64,000 nucleotides of DNA. Origin: Hydrogenophaga sp. (GTDB taxonomy: Bacteria; Pseudomonadota; Gammaproteobacteria; Burkholderiales; Burkholderiaceae_C). Positions within the stretch are counted from its first letter, which is position 1. Each line of letters begins with the position of its first letter. The notes beneath the pieces are model-generated. The model ran no database searches, had not been told where the DNA came from, and saw nothing but the letters and a program-made list of their open reading frames with translations. Location: contig NZ_JBFWNX010000019.1 in the NCBI RefSeq assembly GCF_050250835.1, forward strand, positions 6,549 to 70,548. The letters run 5' to 3'. This document shows, in pieces, positions 36,143-46,233 of the stretch. The position numbers and the translations under genes were made by a program.

Positions 36143-37207
36143 TTAGCCGGCCAGCGCTCCCTGCAGCGCATGAAATTCGGTCAGCATGCGTTCGATGGTT
36201 CGCGGTTTGAGGTAGTCGTTCACCCTGCCCCGCACATGAACGATCAGCGCATCCTCGCTGTGCTGCGTGGACCAGTCTTCGCCATCGCCACCGCGGCCCT
36301 GGTGGTTGGCCGACTCGGCCAGCCATTTGGCACACCAGGTCACCGACCACAACCACATCAACTCACGCAGCGGCACCAGCGCGCCCCGGCAAGGCCCCGC
36401 GATGCCCTCCCCGACCGCCTGCGCCCAGGTTACGTACGCTCGCGCCACAGCGTCGATGGACAGCTCAAAAGCGGCCTCACGGTCCCAGGTCGTTGACGTG
36501 TACAGACTGGCGTGCGCCAGGTCGAGCGGTGGGTAGCTGTAGCGCAGCTTCTCCAGATCCACCAGCACCGCCTTGCCCGTCGATGTGATCAGAAAATTGC
36601 CCGGGTGGGCGTCGAAGGTGATCAGCCGCTGCGGACAAAGCTGTACCAGAGGCGCCATGCGCGGCGTCACATCCTGCAACCGCGCCTTCAAGACCCGAGC
36701 CGATTCGGCGGGAACGGCCGAATGGTCCAGATACCGGGCCTGGGCTTCGATCAACGCGACGAGACCTGCCAGCGGGTCCGACTCATCCAGCAGGGGCGCG
36801 CGGTCTGGTGGTGGCGGCACTGGCAACGCATGGATCGCAGCAAGGGCCTGCATGATGGACCCCAGATGCTCCGGTTGGCTGGCGGGAGTGCCGATGATTT
36901 CTTCGACCAGCAAGGCACCCCGCGGCAGATGCTCAGACGGGCCCAGCACCGCTTCCAGCTGCGGCACGTGCCCGGAGGGCTCTGCACGCCGAAAGCAGGT
37001 GCTCTGGTACAGCAGGTTGTCCTGGGCGACCAGCGCCATCTGGCTCTGTTTGGGGATTCGGGCCAGCAGACCCGTGCCTTTCAAACGCACATGCCAGTGG
37101 GCCAGACCTTTGTCCGGCAGGGCCTCCAGAACGACAGGCCTGGGAAACCGACCCGACAGCTGCTTGTCCAGCAGGGTCAGTATTGAGTCAAATTGCATGA
37201 AGCTCAT
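36143..37207 (-). CDS. APH/choline-kinase-like phosphotransferase
   Basis: LLARIPK (ATP Lys), ITFDAHPGNFL (Brenner-like), VLVDLEK. Confidence 0.8.
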   Translation of the reverse strand: MSFMQFDSILTLLDKQLSGRFPRPVVLEALPDKGLAHWHVRLKGTGLLARIPKQSQMALVAQDNLLYQSTCFRRAEPSGHVPQLEAVLGPSEHLPRGALLVEEIIGTPASQPEHLGSIMQALAAIHALPVPPPPDRAPLLDESDPLAGLVALIEAQARYLDHSAVPAESARVLKARLQDVTPRMAPLVQLCPQRLITFDAHPGNFLITSTGKAVLVDLEKLRYSYPPLDLAHASLYTSTTWDREAAFELSIDAVARAYVTWAQAVGEGIAGPCRGALVPLRELMWLWSVTWCAKWLAESANHQGRGGDGEDWSTQHSEDALIVHVRGRVNDYLKPRTIERMLTEFHALQGALAG

Positions 37208-37280
37208 CGTACAACCGCGCGATGGTTCAACGCAGCGACGTGGGAGCCCAACGGCGGGCTACAGCGGGTGCTCCATCAGC

Positions 37281-38687
37281 CTACAAGTTCATGCCTTCTG
37301 CATCGTGCGCCGCTGCATCGATTTTCGCCTTGCCCAATACGATGACCTCCCTCGCGGATTCGCCGCGCATCCAACTGTCCAGCATGTCCGCCCACACTTG
37401 CATTAGGGCCCGCCGAGGCCCGGATAAGCGCGCATGGTTGTAGGCCGCAGCGACTTGGTCCTTCTTCTGGTGGGCCAGGCAGGCTTCGACCAGGGCTTCC
37501 GGGAAGAGCGCGTCGTTGAGCCGAGACGAGAATGTTCTGCGCAGGTCGTGCACTGACACTGGCAAGAACAGCTCCTGACTGGGTGTTCGATCCTTGTTGA
37601 TTCGATCCACCGAAGCGGCGATCGTTCGGTTCAGTGTGGCCTGGCTGATTGGCTCGGCGGAGTCATATCGGCCTGGGTGGACGAAGTTGCTTGAAGGAAA
37701 GCAGGTCCGAAGCGTTGTCAGGATGTCCAGGGCCTGTTCTGCCAGATACACCGTGTGCGGCTTGCCAGCCTTCATCCTCTCGGCGGGGATCACCCACTGT
37801 GCCCGCTCCCAGTCCACTTCCGCCCAGGTGGCTCCGATGAACTCTCCTTTGCGAACACCCGTCAGCAGCAAGAACCTGACCGCCAGTCGAAGTGTCGGCG
37901 CGGTGCCTGTCCTCTCCAGCGCGTCGAGCAAGGTCTTGATTTCGTGGCGGCTCAGATTGCGTTCGCGAGGGACAAAGGTCGCGTAGGCCTTCCGGGCGAG
38001 CGCTTCAGCCGGATTTGCGACATCGACGCCTTTGCCATTCGCGAACCGGTAAACCTGCAACACGAGTTCCCTGGCGTGCACAGCCGGGCCAGGGCCTCGC
38101 TCAGTTTTGACGCGGTCGAGCAACTCACCCAGCGCGACTGGCTTGATTTCATCCAGGTTCAGTTTTCCAAACGGGCCAGCCAGGATGCGGTCGTAGATCG
38201 AACGCCGTAACGCCAGCGTGCTGTCAGCGAGACGTTCGGCCCCGCTCTTGGCGTCGGACTTGAACTCGAAGTACCGTGTCGCCCAGCGCCCGAAGCTCAT
38301 GGCGTCCGCGACTTCGCTGCGCTGCTCGACCTTGGCCCGTGCGGGCGACCGCCCGGAACTGACATCGACACGCGCCCGAGCCAGCAGGAAGCGGGCTTCC
38401 TCCAGCGTCACATCCATGCCGTAGGCCAGATGAGACCGCTGGGCGTGACGGGCAACCGGTTCATGGCGACCAATGGTCAGCGTCTCGCGGCGGCCGCTCA
38501 ATCGATAGTCATAGCGGAAGGACCTGCTGCCACTGGGCGAGACGACGACGTAGAGACCGTTGCCTCCGTCGCTGACCTTGTAGGCCCGCTCGCCCGGCTT
38601 TAGTTCTCGCAGCTTGGCTTCCGTCAACCCGTGGCGTGTTTTCGCGCTCGCCAGCCCAACCCGCGCCCGTTCCATCAAGGTGTCCAT
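37281..38687 (-). CDS. P4-type tyrosine integrase with arm-binding domain (alternative start 38732)
   Basis: KVSDGGNGLYV.V...G.RSF arm domain; catalytic TGVR, HDLRR, LAH, AAY intact. Confidence 0.93.
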   Translation of the reverse strand: MDTLMERARVGLASAKTRHGLTEAKLRELKPGERAYKVSDGGNGLYVVVSPSGSRSFRYDYRLSGRRETLTIGRHEPVARHAQRSHLAYGMDVTLEEARFLLARARVDVSSGRSPARAKVEQRSEVADAMSFGRWATRYFEFKSDAKSGAERLADSTLALRRSIYDRILAGPFGKLNLDEIKPVALGELLDRVKTERGPGPAVHARELVLQVYRFANGKGVDVANPAEALARKAYATFVPRERNLSRHEIKTLLDALERTGTAPTLRLAVRFLLLTGVRKGEFIGATWAEVDWERAQWVIPAERMKAGKPHTVYLAEQALDILTTLRTCFPSSNFVHPGRYDSAEPISQATLNRTIAASVDRINKDRTPSQELFLPVSVHDLRRTFSSRLNDALFPEALVEACLAHQKKDQVAAAYNHARLSGPRRALMQVWADMLDSWMRGESAREVIVLGKAKIDAAAHDAEGMNL

Positions 38688-38722
38688 GAGATCTCCGATC
38701 CGTTGCTTGTCGCAGGACCGAA

Positions 38723-38798
38723 ATACCGTCATGGGGTCTGACGGTATCGCTGCAGGCCTGCAAGCTTAGGTGGCCGGATACCGTCAGGTCAACCGTCA
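38723..38798. repeat. Putative integrase arm-type sites (ATACCGTCA three times, one inverted, plus AACCGTCA)
   Basis: 38723-31 direct, 38739-47 inverted, 38778-86 direct, 38791-98 AACCGTCA. Confidence 0.6.
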
Positions 38799-38805
38799 GA
38801 ACGCC

Positions 38806-38903
38806 TGGGACGCCCTGGGATGAGATGGGACGCCGTTGGACGCTAAGTCCTTGTCCCTACAGGGAAATCGGGTTTTCCTGGGATGTACCGAAACACCTTG
38901 GGA
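38806..38903 (+). repeat. 10-bp-phased TGGGA array (putative excisionase/RDF sites)
   Basis: TGGGA at 38806, 38816 and 38826, TTGGA at 38836; two more at 38879 and 38899. Confidence 0.55.
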
Positions 38904-38913
38904 CAATCTTGAC

Positions 38914-40530
38914 TCATTCCCACTCGATCGTCGCCGGCGGTTTGGAGCTCACGTCGTAGGTCACCCGATTGATGCCGCGCACCTCGTTGATGATGCGGCT
39001 GGACACCTTCTTGAGCAGCGCATACGGCAGCTCTGCCCAGTCGGCGGTCATGAAATCGCTGGTCTGCACCGCTCGCAGGGCCACCACGTAGTCGTAGGTG
39101 CGGCCGTCGCCCATCACGCCCACACTCTTGACCGGCAGGAATACGGTGAAGGCCTGGCTGGTGAGCTCGTACCAGGTCTTGCCGCTGTTCGGCTCCAGTG
39201 TGGAGCGCAGTTCCTCGATGAAGATGGCGTCGGCCCGGCGCAGCAGGTCGGCGTATTCCTTCTTCACTTCGCCCAGGATGCGCACGCCCAGCCCAGGCCC
39301 GGGGAAGGGGTGGCGGTAGACCATGTCGTGCGGCAAGCCCAGGGCCACGCCGAGTTCACGCACCTCGTCCTTGAAAAGATCGCGCAGGGGTTCCAGCAGT
39401 TTCAGGCCGAGCTGTTCGGGAAGGCCGCCCACGTTGTGGTGGCTCTTGATCGTCACGGCCTTCTTGCTCTTGGCACCGCCCGATTCGATCACATCCGGAT
39501 AAATTGTGCCTTGCGCCAACCATTTAGCGCCTTTTATTGATGTTCCACTTGAAGTCAGTTTGGCGGCTTCGGCTTTGAAGACCTCCACAAATTCGCGGCC
39601 AATGATCTTGCGTTTGGCTTCCGGATCGCTCACGCCCGCCAGGTGACCCAGGAACTGGTCGGCTGCGTCCACCCGGATCACTTTGGCGTGCAACTGGCCG
39701 ACGAACATGTCCATCACCATGTCGCCCTCGTTCAGGCGAAGCAGGCCGTGGTCGACGAAGACACAGGTGAGCTGGTCGCCGATGGCGCGGTGGATGAGCG
39801 CGGCGGCCACAGACGAGTCCACCCCGCCCGAGAGGCCGAGGATGACTTCTTCGTCGCCCACCTGCTGACGGATTTTTTCGACCGCCTCGGCGATGTGGTC
39901 GCGCATCACCCAGTCGGGCCGCGTGCCGCAGATGCCGAGCACGAATCGCTCCAGCAAGGCTCGTCCCTGAACGGTGTGCGTCACTTCCGGATGGAACTGA
40001 ACGGCATAAAAATGACGCGTTTCGTCGGCCATGCCGGCGATGGGGCAGGAATCGGTGCTGGCCATGAGCTTGAAGCCCGGCGGCAATTCGGTGACCTTGT
40101 CGCCGTGGCTCATCCAGACCTTGAGCATCCCGTGGCCTTCGGGAGTGTGGAAGTCGGCAATGTCCTTGAGCAGCGCCGTGTGACCCCGGGCGCGCACTTC
40201 GGCGTAGCCAAACTCGCGGGTGTGCGAGCCTTCCACCTTTCCACCGAGCTGCTGCGCCATGGTCTGCATGCCGTAGCAGATGCCCAGCACCGGAATGCCG
40301 AGCTGGTAGACCACGTCGGGCGCCTTGTCGTCCACCTCGTACACGCTGGCGTGGCTCCCGGACAGGATGACGCCCTTCAACTGCCCGTCGGCGGCGAATT
40401 CACGCACCCACTCCTCGCTCACATCGCAGGGATGGACTTCGCAGTACACATGCGCCTCGCGCACTCGGCGGGCGATGAGCTGGGTGACCTGGGAACCGAA
40501 ATCGAGGATGAGGATTTTCTGGTGCTGCAT
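38914..40530 (-). CDS. guaA: GMP synthase
   Basis: [31 protein letters not shown]. Confidence 0.97.
   Translation of the reverse strand: MQHQKILILDFGSQVTQLIARRVREAHVYCEVHPCDVSEEWVREFAADGQLKGVILSGSHASVYEVDDKAPDVVYQLGIPVLGICYGMQTMAQQLGGKVEGSHTREFGYAEVRARGHTALLKDIADFHTPEGHGMLKVWMSHGDKVTELPPGFKLMASTDSCPIAGMADETRHFYAVQFHPEVTHTVQGRALLERFVLGICGTRPDWVMRDHIAEAVEKIRQQVGDEEVILGLSGGVDSSVAAALIHRAIGDQLTCVFVDHGLLRLNEGDMVMDMFVGQLHAKVIRVDAADQFLGHLAGVSDPEAKRKIIGREFVEVFKAEAAKLTSSGTSIKGAKWLAQGTIYPDVIESGGAKSKKAVTIKSHHNVGGLPEQLGLKLLEPLRDLFKDEVRELGVALGLPHDMVYRHPFPGPGLGVRILGEVKKEYADLLRRADAIFIEELRSTLEPNSGKTWYELTSQAFTVFLPVKSVGVMGDGRTYDYVVALRAVQTSDFMTADWAELPYALLKKVSSRIINEVRGINRVTYDVSSKPPATIEWE
38918..38925 (-). other. 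att core candidate GAGTGGGA in the guaA 3' end
   Basis: Matches the core reported for guaA-targeting islands; partner copy not in window. Confidence 0.6.
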
Positions 40531-40601
40531 GGGGTGTGGTGGGGTGCGGCGAGAAAAATGAAAAAGGCCGTCGCGCTGGACGGCCTGCTGGGCGGTGGCG
40601 G

Positions 40602-42071
40602 TCACTCCGCCCTGTAGTTGGGTGCTTCTTTCGTGATCTGCACGTCGTGGACGTGGCTCTCGCGGATGCCGGCCGAGGTGATTTCGACGAACTCCGCCTT
40701 GTGGCGCATGTGCTCGATGCTGGGGCAGCCGCAGTAGCCCATGGCCGCCCGCAGGCCGCCGGCCATCTGGAAAATGATGGAGACCACCGATCCCTTGTAG
40801 GGCACGCGGCCTTCGATGCCCTCGGGCACCAGCTTGTCCGCGTTGGGGTTGCCGGTGCTGCTTTCCTGGAAATAGCGATCGGCACTGCCCTGTTGCATGG
40901 CACCAATGGAGCCCATGCCACGGTAGCTCTTGTAGCTGCGTCCCTGGTACAGCACGATTTCGCCCGGCGCTTCTTCAGTGCCGGCGAACATGCCGCCCAT
41001 CATCACGGTGTTGGCTCCCGCCGCAATGGCCTTGGCGATGTCGCCGCTGTACCGGATGCCACCGTCGGCGATCATGGGCACGCCCGTGCCTTGCAGGGCG
41101 CTGGCCACGTTGTCGATGGCCATGATCTGCGGCACGCCCACGCCGGCCACGATCCGGGTGGTGCAGATCGAGCCCGGGCCGATGCCGACCTTGACCGCAT
41201 CGGCGCCCGCCTCCACCAGTGCCATGGCCGCGCCCCCGGTGGCGATGTTGCCGCCGATCACGTCGATCTGGGGGTACTGTTGCTTGACCCAGCGCACGCG
41301 CTCGATCACGCCCTTGCTGTGGCCGTGCGCGGTGTCCACCACGATGGCGTCCACCCCGGCTTTCACCAGCGCTTCCACGCGTTCCTCGGTGCCTTCGCCC
41401 ACACCCACCGCCGCGCCCACGCGAAGGCGGCCAGCGGCGTCGCGCGCGGCGTTCGGAAAGTTCAGCTGCTTGGTGATGTCCTTGACCGTGATCAGGCCCT
41501 TGAGCTCGAACGCGTCGTTGACCAGCAGCAGGCGTTCGAGCTTGTGCTTGTTCAACAGCGTCTTGGCCTCGGCCGGCGTGGTGCCGTCGGGCATGGTGAT
41601 GAGGCGCTCGCGCGGCGTCATGATCTCGCTCACCGGCAGGTCGTAGCGGGTCTCGAAGCGCAGATCGCGACCGGTGACGATGCCGACCACCTTGCCTGCC
41701 TCGACCACCGGGAAGCCGGAGACGCCCAGCTCGTCGGACAGCTTCATGACCTGGCGGATCGTGGTCTGCGGGGTGATGACCACAGGGTCGCGCAGCACAC
41801 CCGATTCGTAGCGCTTGACCTTGGCCACATGCGCGGCCTGTTCCTGTGGCGTGAGGTTTTTGTGGATGATGCCGATGCCGCCCTCCTGGGCGATGGCGAT
41901 CGCCAGGCGAGCCTCGGTGACGGTGTCCATGGCCGCCGAGACCAGGGGAAGATTGAGCTTGATGTTGCGGGAGAACTGGGTGGCAAGCGAGGTGTCCTTG
42001 GGCAGGACCTGGGAGTACGCTGGCACCAGCAACACGTCGTCGAAGGTGAGCGCTTTGCCGAGGAGGCGCAT
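40602..42071 (-). CDS. guaB: IMP dehydrogenase
   Basis: [25 protein letters not shown] pair. Confidence 0.97.
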   Translation of the reverse strand: MRLLGKALTFDDVLLVPAYSQVLPKDTSLATQFSRNIKLNLPLVSAAMDTVTEARLAIAIAQEGGIGIIHKNLTPQEQAAHVAKVKRYESGVLRDPVVITPQTTIRQVMKLSDELGVSGFPVVEAGKVVGIVTGRDLRFETRYDLPVSEIMTPRERLITMPDGTTPAEAKTLLNKHKLERLLLVNDAFELKGLITVKDITKQLNFPNAARDAAGRLRVGAAVGVGEGTEERVEALVKAGVDAIVVDTAHGHSKGVIERVRWVKQQYPQIDVIGGNIATGGAAMALVEAGADAVKVGIGPGSICTTRIVAGVGVPQIMAIDNVASALQGTGVPMIADGGIRYSGDIAKAIAAGANTVMMGGMFAGTEEAPGEIVLYQGRSYKSYRGMGSIGAMQQGSADRYFQESSTGNPNADKLVPEGIEGRVPYKGSVVSIIFQMAGGLRAAMGYCGCPSIEHMRHKAEFVEITSAGIRESHVHDVQITKEAPNYRAE

Positions 42072-42243
42072 GGGTAAAGCTCCAAAAGCGACGATTGTAG
42101 CCGCCCGACCTCCGTGCAAACCCGCACATCGGGCAGCGCAGGGCCTACCGCTCAGCCACGAAAATCGACCGCTGCGACGGCTGGTGCGGCACCCGAGCCC
42201 TGGTGCGCTGCGCATCGCCATGGGCGAGGGCTAAACTTGCGCC

Positions 42244-42795
42244 ATGCCTCAACACCTCCCCCACGTCCGGCGCTGGCGCGCCGCCTGCCTGACGGCGATT
42301 TTGCTGGCGTCCAGCCCATGGGCACTGGCGCAATGGCAGTGGATCGACGGCACCGGTCGCAAGGTGTTCAGCGACACCGCGCCACCTTCGGGCATCCCGG
42401 AAAAGAACATCCTCAAAAGCCCGGCGACTTCGCGGGCGCCTGTGCAGGCTGCGGCCACACCCGCCTCCGCGCCGGCTGCATCCCAGCCGGGCGCCGTACC
42501 TCAGCTGCCCGCGAGAGACGAAGAACTCGAAGCCCGCAAGAAGCAGGCCGACGAGGCCGAACAGGCTCGCCGCAAGGCCGAAGAACAGCGCGTGGCCAAG
42601 GGCCGGGCCGAGAGTTGTGAACGCGCTCGCAAGGCCAAAAGTGTGATGGAGTCGGGCACACGCCTGGCCACCACCAACGCCAAGGGTGAGCGCGAGATCA
42701 TGGACGACAAGGCCCGGGCAGCTGAAGCCCGTCGCATGGACGACATCATCCGCGCCGATTGCGGCCCCATGCCCAAGACCGCCAACGCTCAGTAA
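42244..42795 (+). CDS. DUF4124 domain secreted protein
   Basis: Signal peptide, WQWID..G.KVFSD..PP. Confidence 0.8.
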   Translation: MPQHLPHVRRWRAACLTAILLASSPWALAQWQWIDGTGRKVFSDTAPPSGIPEKNILKSPATSRAPVQAAATPASAPAASQPGAVPQLPARDEELEARKKQADEAEQARRKAEEQRVAKGRAESCERARKAKSVMESGTRLATTNAKGEREIMDDKARAAEARRMDDIIRADCGPMPKTANAQ

Positions 42796-43118
42796 CCCGC
42801 CTTGGAGCCGGGCCTTCGCTTGGCAAACAGGCCGGTGGCTCGCGCACCCTGGCCCACGAAGCGCTCGCGCCGGGCCACTTTCGGGTCCACCCGCAGCGCC
42901 CTCACCACCTCGACACGGTCGCCTTCGCGCAGGGCATGCTCGGGGCCAGCCTTGCGGCCCCACACACAGGTCGTGAGCGATTCGGCCTCGATTTCCGGAA
43001 AGCGCTCTGGCCAGCCTGCCTGAACCAGCGCCTGCCACAACGTGCAACCGGACGGCACCTCCAGCGGTAGCTCGACGACCGAGCGCGGTGCTTGGGCGTA
43101 CATCAGGACAACCTGCAT
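42789..43118 (-). CDS. rnfH: RnfH/RatB ubiquitin-like protein
   Basis: LREGDRVEVVR.L.VDPK.ARR. Confidence 0.85.
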   Translation of the reverse strand: MQVVLMYAQAPRSVVELPLEVPSGCTLWQALVQAGWPERFPEIEAESLTTCVWGRKAGPEHALREGDRVEVVRALRVDPKVARRERFVGQGARATGLFAKRRPGSKAGY

Positions 43119-43381
43119 CTCAGTGCTCCATGGCGCCGAGCGCCTTCCACGACGGATGAAACAGCGCTGCAGGGGTACCGTGGGGACGGCTTTGCCGGAC
43201 CACGGGGGCCGCCCCCCTCCCGCCCAAGGCGAGAGAGGGGGGAGACGCGAAGCGGCGCGGGGGGTGTTTCATGCCAGGGCCTGTTCACACCATTCGGGGG
43301 GCAACCCCGGCTGCGTTCCGCGCCTTGCGCATGGCCATTTTTGATCCGCAACGCATCTTGGAAAAACAGTGTGAACAGACG

Positions 43382-43828
43382 CTAGTCCGCGCCATAGACC
43401 TGATCGGCACGCTTGACGAAGGCGTCGACCAGGTTGCCGGCGATCTTGTCGAACACCGGCCCGACCAGCGCGGCCAGCGCGCTGCTGGCAAAGCCGTAGC
43501 TCAGCTGGAAATCCACCTTGCAGGCGCGCTGGGTACCGTCGCCCAGTGGGGTGAATTCCCAGACGCCGTCGAGCCGTGAAAAAGGTCCGTCGACCAGTTC
43601 CATGAGCACCTTGCGGTCGGCCTCGTGTGTGTTGCGGGTGGTAAAGCTCTGGCGCAGGCCGCTGATGGCCATGCCCACTCGGGCCACCATGCCGTCCTCG
43701 GTTTGCTCCAGCACCTCACCGTGATCGCACCAGGGCAGGAACCTCGGGTAGTGCTCGATGTCGGTGACCAGCGCGAACATTTCATGAGCGCTGTGCCACA
43801 GCAAGACGGACTTGTGAATCGTTTTCAT
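43382..43828 (-). CDS. ratA: RatA/Coq10 START-domain protein
   Basis: MF.LV.DIE.YP.FLPWC, GPFSRL.G.W.F. Confidence 0.9.
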   Translation of the reverse strand: MKTIHKSVLLWHSAHEMFALVTDIEHYPRFLPWCDHGEVLEQTEDGMVARVGMAISGLRQSFTTRNTHEADRKVLMELVDGPFSRLDGVWEFTPLGDGTQRACKVDFQLSYGFASSALAALVGPVFDKIAGNLVDAFVKRADQVYGAD

Positions 43829-43876
43829 ACAATCGAACTCATTGTATTGGCCTGAAATGGCCGCACCTCGCGCTTC

Positions 43877-44371
43877 ATGGCCACCAAAAACAGCAAAGAC
43901 ACCAGCTCCAAAGGCACCGAAAGCCGCATCGCCGACAACCGAAAAGCGTTCTTCAACTACGCGATCGAAGAGCGTTTCGAAGCCGGTGTGGTGCTCGAGG
44001 GGTGGGAAGTCAAGGCGCTGCGCGAAGGCAAGGTTCAACTCACCGATGGCTATGTGGTCATTCGCGAAGGTGAGATGTTCCTCATTGGTTGCCAGGTCAA
44101 CCCCCTGCACACCGCCTCTTCCCACGTGAGCCCGGACTCGGTGCGCACCAAGAAGCTGCTGCTTCACAAGGAACAGATCCGCCGCCTGATCGGCAAGGTC
44201 GAGCAGAAGGGCTACACCCTGGTGCCTCTGAACCTGCACTGGAAGAACGGCAAGGTGAAGTGCGAAATTGCGCTGGCCAAAGGCAAGGCTGAACATGACA
44301 AGCGCGACACCATCAAGGACCGCGAAGGCAGACGCGAGGTGGAACGGGCGATGAAGTCGCGCAATCGCTGA
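43877..44371 (+). CDS. smpB: SsrA-binding protein
   Basis: [35 protein letters not shown]. Confidence 0.97.
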   Translation: MATKNSKDTSSKGTESRIADNRKAFFNYAIEERFEAGVVLEGWEVKALREGKVQLTDGYVVIREGEMFLIGCQVNPLHTASSHVSPDSVRTKKLLLHKEQIRRLIGKVEQKGYTLVPLNLHWKNGKVKCEIALAKGKAEHDKRDTIKDREGRREVERAMKSRNR

Positions 44372-44384
44372 GGACTTTTTTTTT
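44354..44384 (+). terminator. Possible intrinsic terminator overlapping the smpB stop
   Basis: Bulged AAGTC-GCG/CGC-GACTT hairpin followed by a T run. Confidence 0.4.
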
Positions 44385-44390
44385 GGCGAT

Positions 44391-44420
44391 GGAATAAATC
44401 TCCATGGCCTGGCGTTCGTT
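44391..44420 (+). promoter_or_regulatory. Candidate ECF promoter GGAATAAA...CGTT for the lipoprotein-sigma-antisigma operon
   Basis: GGAATAAA 44391-98; CGTT at 44413-16 and 44417-20. Confidence 0.45.
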
Positions 44421-44465
44421 CCCATGCAGAGACCTTCTTCTGCCCCACCCACCGGAGAACGCGCC

Positions 44466-44840
44466 ATGAAACGACTGATGTCCCTCGCCTTTGCTGCAGC
44501 CCTGCTGGGCGGCTGCGCCTCGATGCCCGCATCCACGCCTGCCCAAGTGGCCGACGGCGTGCTTGTTGGCCCGACCAAGATGACGCTCTACACCTTCGAC
44601 CGCGATGCCTCGGGCAGCGGCAAGTCGGTCTGCAACGGCCCCTGTGCGGCCAACTGGCCGCCGCTCATGGCAAGCGCCACCGACAAGCCGGCGGGCGACT
44701 ACACCGTGATCACCCGCGACGATGGACAGAAGCAATGGGCGATCAAGGGCAAGCCGCTGTACTACTGGGTCAAGGATGCGAAGCCCGGCGACAAGACCGG
44801 TGACGGCTTCAATGGAGTCTGGCGCGTGGCCAGGCCCTGA
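44466..44840 (+). CDS. COG4315-type secreted-repeat lipoprotein
   Basis: Lipobox LGGC; MTLYTFD, CAANWPP, GKPLYYW. Confidence 0.85.
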   Translation: MKRLMSLAFAAALLGGCASMPASTPAQVADGVLVGPTKMTLYTFDRDASGSGKSVCNGPCAANWPPLMASATDKPAGDYTVITRDDGQKQWAIKGKPLYYWVKDAKPGDKTGDGFNGVWRVARP

Positions 44841-44876
44841 GCCCATCGCATCGACCCTGGCTGACGTCGGCGTGGC

Positions 44877-45419
44877 ATGAATCCATCCGATCTCGTGGCC
44901 CAGATTCCCGGCTTGCGCCGCTACGCTCGCGCACTGACCGGGGACAGCTGGGCCGCCGACGACCTGGTGCAGGACACACTGGAGCGCGCATGCCAGAAAT
45001 GGCGCCTGTGGGCCATCGGCTCAGACCTGCGTGCCTGGCTGTTCACCCTGATGCACCACCTTCACGCTGGTGGCGTGCGCCAGACCATGCGCCGATCCGC
45101 CTCGCTCAGGCAGGTCGACATTGACGACGTGGCGGCCGAACTTGTCGCGCCCGAAACCGCGCAGGATCTGGCGCTGGACCTGCAGCGCTGCCTGCTGCGC
45201 TTGCCGGAAGAACAGCGCGCCGTGCTGCTGCTGGTGAGTCTGGAGGACATGAGCTACGAACAGGTGGCCCGAATCACCGACACCCCCATCGGCACGGTGA
45301 TGTCGCGGCTCTCACGAGCCCGCACACGCCTGCAGGCCCTGATGGATGCACCTGCCGTCGACCAGGCGCCCCAGCACCTGGATGTACAGCCCCCTGCGCA
45401 CCTGAAGCGGCTGAAATAG
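44877..45419 (+). CDS. ECF sigma factor (ECF26-like context)
   Basis: LRRYARALTG, DDLVQDTLE, GTVMSRLSRAR. Confidence 0.9.
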   Translation: MNPSDLVAQIPGLRRYARALTGDSWAADDLVQDTLERACQKWRLWAIGSDLRAWLFTLMHHLHAGGVRQTMRRSASLRQVDIDDVAAELVAPETAQDLALDLQRCLLRLPEEQRAVLLLVSLEDMSYEQVARITDTPIGTVMSRLSRARTRLQALMDAPAVDQAPQHLDVQPPAHLKRLK

Positions 45420-45433
45420 CGCCGCCCCACACC

Positions 45434-46228
45434 ATGGACAAGTCCACACTGCCACCGCCGCTGACCGACGCCGAGATCCACGCACTCCTCGATGATCAGG
45501 TGCAAGGGCCCGCACGCGCCGCACTGCTGGCACGCCTTCAACACGACGAGGCGGGCCGCCGGCGCCTCGACGCTTGGCAAGCCCAGCGCGACGCCTTGCG
45601 CGAGCTGCACCGGAATCTGCTGGACGAACCCGTCCCACCCGCGCTGCGCGATGCCGCGCAAGGCATCTACTTTTCGCGCCAACAACGCGCTCGCTGGCAG
45701 CGCTGGGGGGGTCTGGCCGCAACCATCGTGCTGGCCTTTGGCGCGGGGTGGCTGGGCCGAAGCTCATGGCCGCGCTACCCCACCGCGCTGCCCCTGGCGG
45801 CCCTGCCCGCCTTCGCACGCGATGCATCGGTGGCCCACGCCGTCTTCACCCCTGAAAAGCGGCACCCGGTGGAGGTGACCGCTGCCGAACAGGAGCACCT
45901 TGTGCAGTGGCTTTCGCGCCGTACCGGCAAGGCCTTGAAGGTACCCAACCTGCAAGCGCAGGGTTACGAACTGGTTGGCGGCCGGCTGCTGCCAGGCGGC
46001 GACGGCGCCCGCGCCCAGTTCATGTTCCAGAACACCCAAGGCGTCCGGTTGACGCTGTACCTGGGCGCGCTGGCGGCTTCATCGCCAGAGATCACCTTTC
46101 GCTTCACTCACGAGGGTCCGGTGCCGGGCTTTTACTGGGTGGATCAGGGCTTCGGCTATGCCGTGAGTGGTCCGTTGACGCGGGAAGCCCTGATGGCGCT
46201 GGCCGAGGCGGTGTACCGGCAGCTTTGA
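45434..46228 (+). CDS. Transmembrane anti-sigma factor (COG5662-like)
   Basis: IHALLDD, TM helix, HPVEV, HLVQWLS, GGRLLP. Confidence 0.88.
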   Translation: MDKSTLPPPLTDAEIHALLDDQVQGPARAALLARLQHDEAGRRRLDAWQAQRDALRELHRNLLDEPVPPALRDAAQGIYFSRQQRARWQRWGGLAATIVLAFGAGWLGRSSWPRYPTALPLAALPAFARDASVAHAVFTPEKRHPVEVTAAEQEHLVQWLSRRTGKALKVPNLQAQGYELVGGRLLPGGDGARAQFMFQNTQGVRLTLYLGALAASSPEITFRFTHEGPVPGFYWVDQGFGYAVSGPLTREALMALAEAVYRQL

Positions 46229-46233
46229 GGCCG

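Larger units (their letters stand above)
1..38925. mobile_element. Genomic island integrated at the 3' end of guaA (right part only; left boundary outside window)
   Basis: Tyrosine integrase directly downstream of guaA, GAGTGGGA core in the last guaA codons, att-arm repeat arrays, accessory stress cargo to the left and housekeeping genes to the right. Confidence 0.8.

Noticed and set aside
37236-37263. TGTAGC-N17-CGTCG upstream of the kinase (minus strand)
   Set aside because: Mismatches in both boxes; possible weak regulon member but not supportable without TSS data
43187-43266. G/C-run palindromic intergenic elements here and at about 49590-49660, resembling Comamonadaceae REP-like repeats
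   Set aside because: Only one copy of each in the window; repeat status needs a genome-wide search
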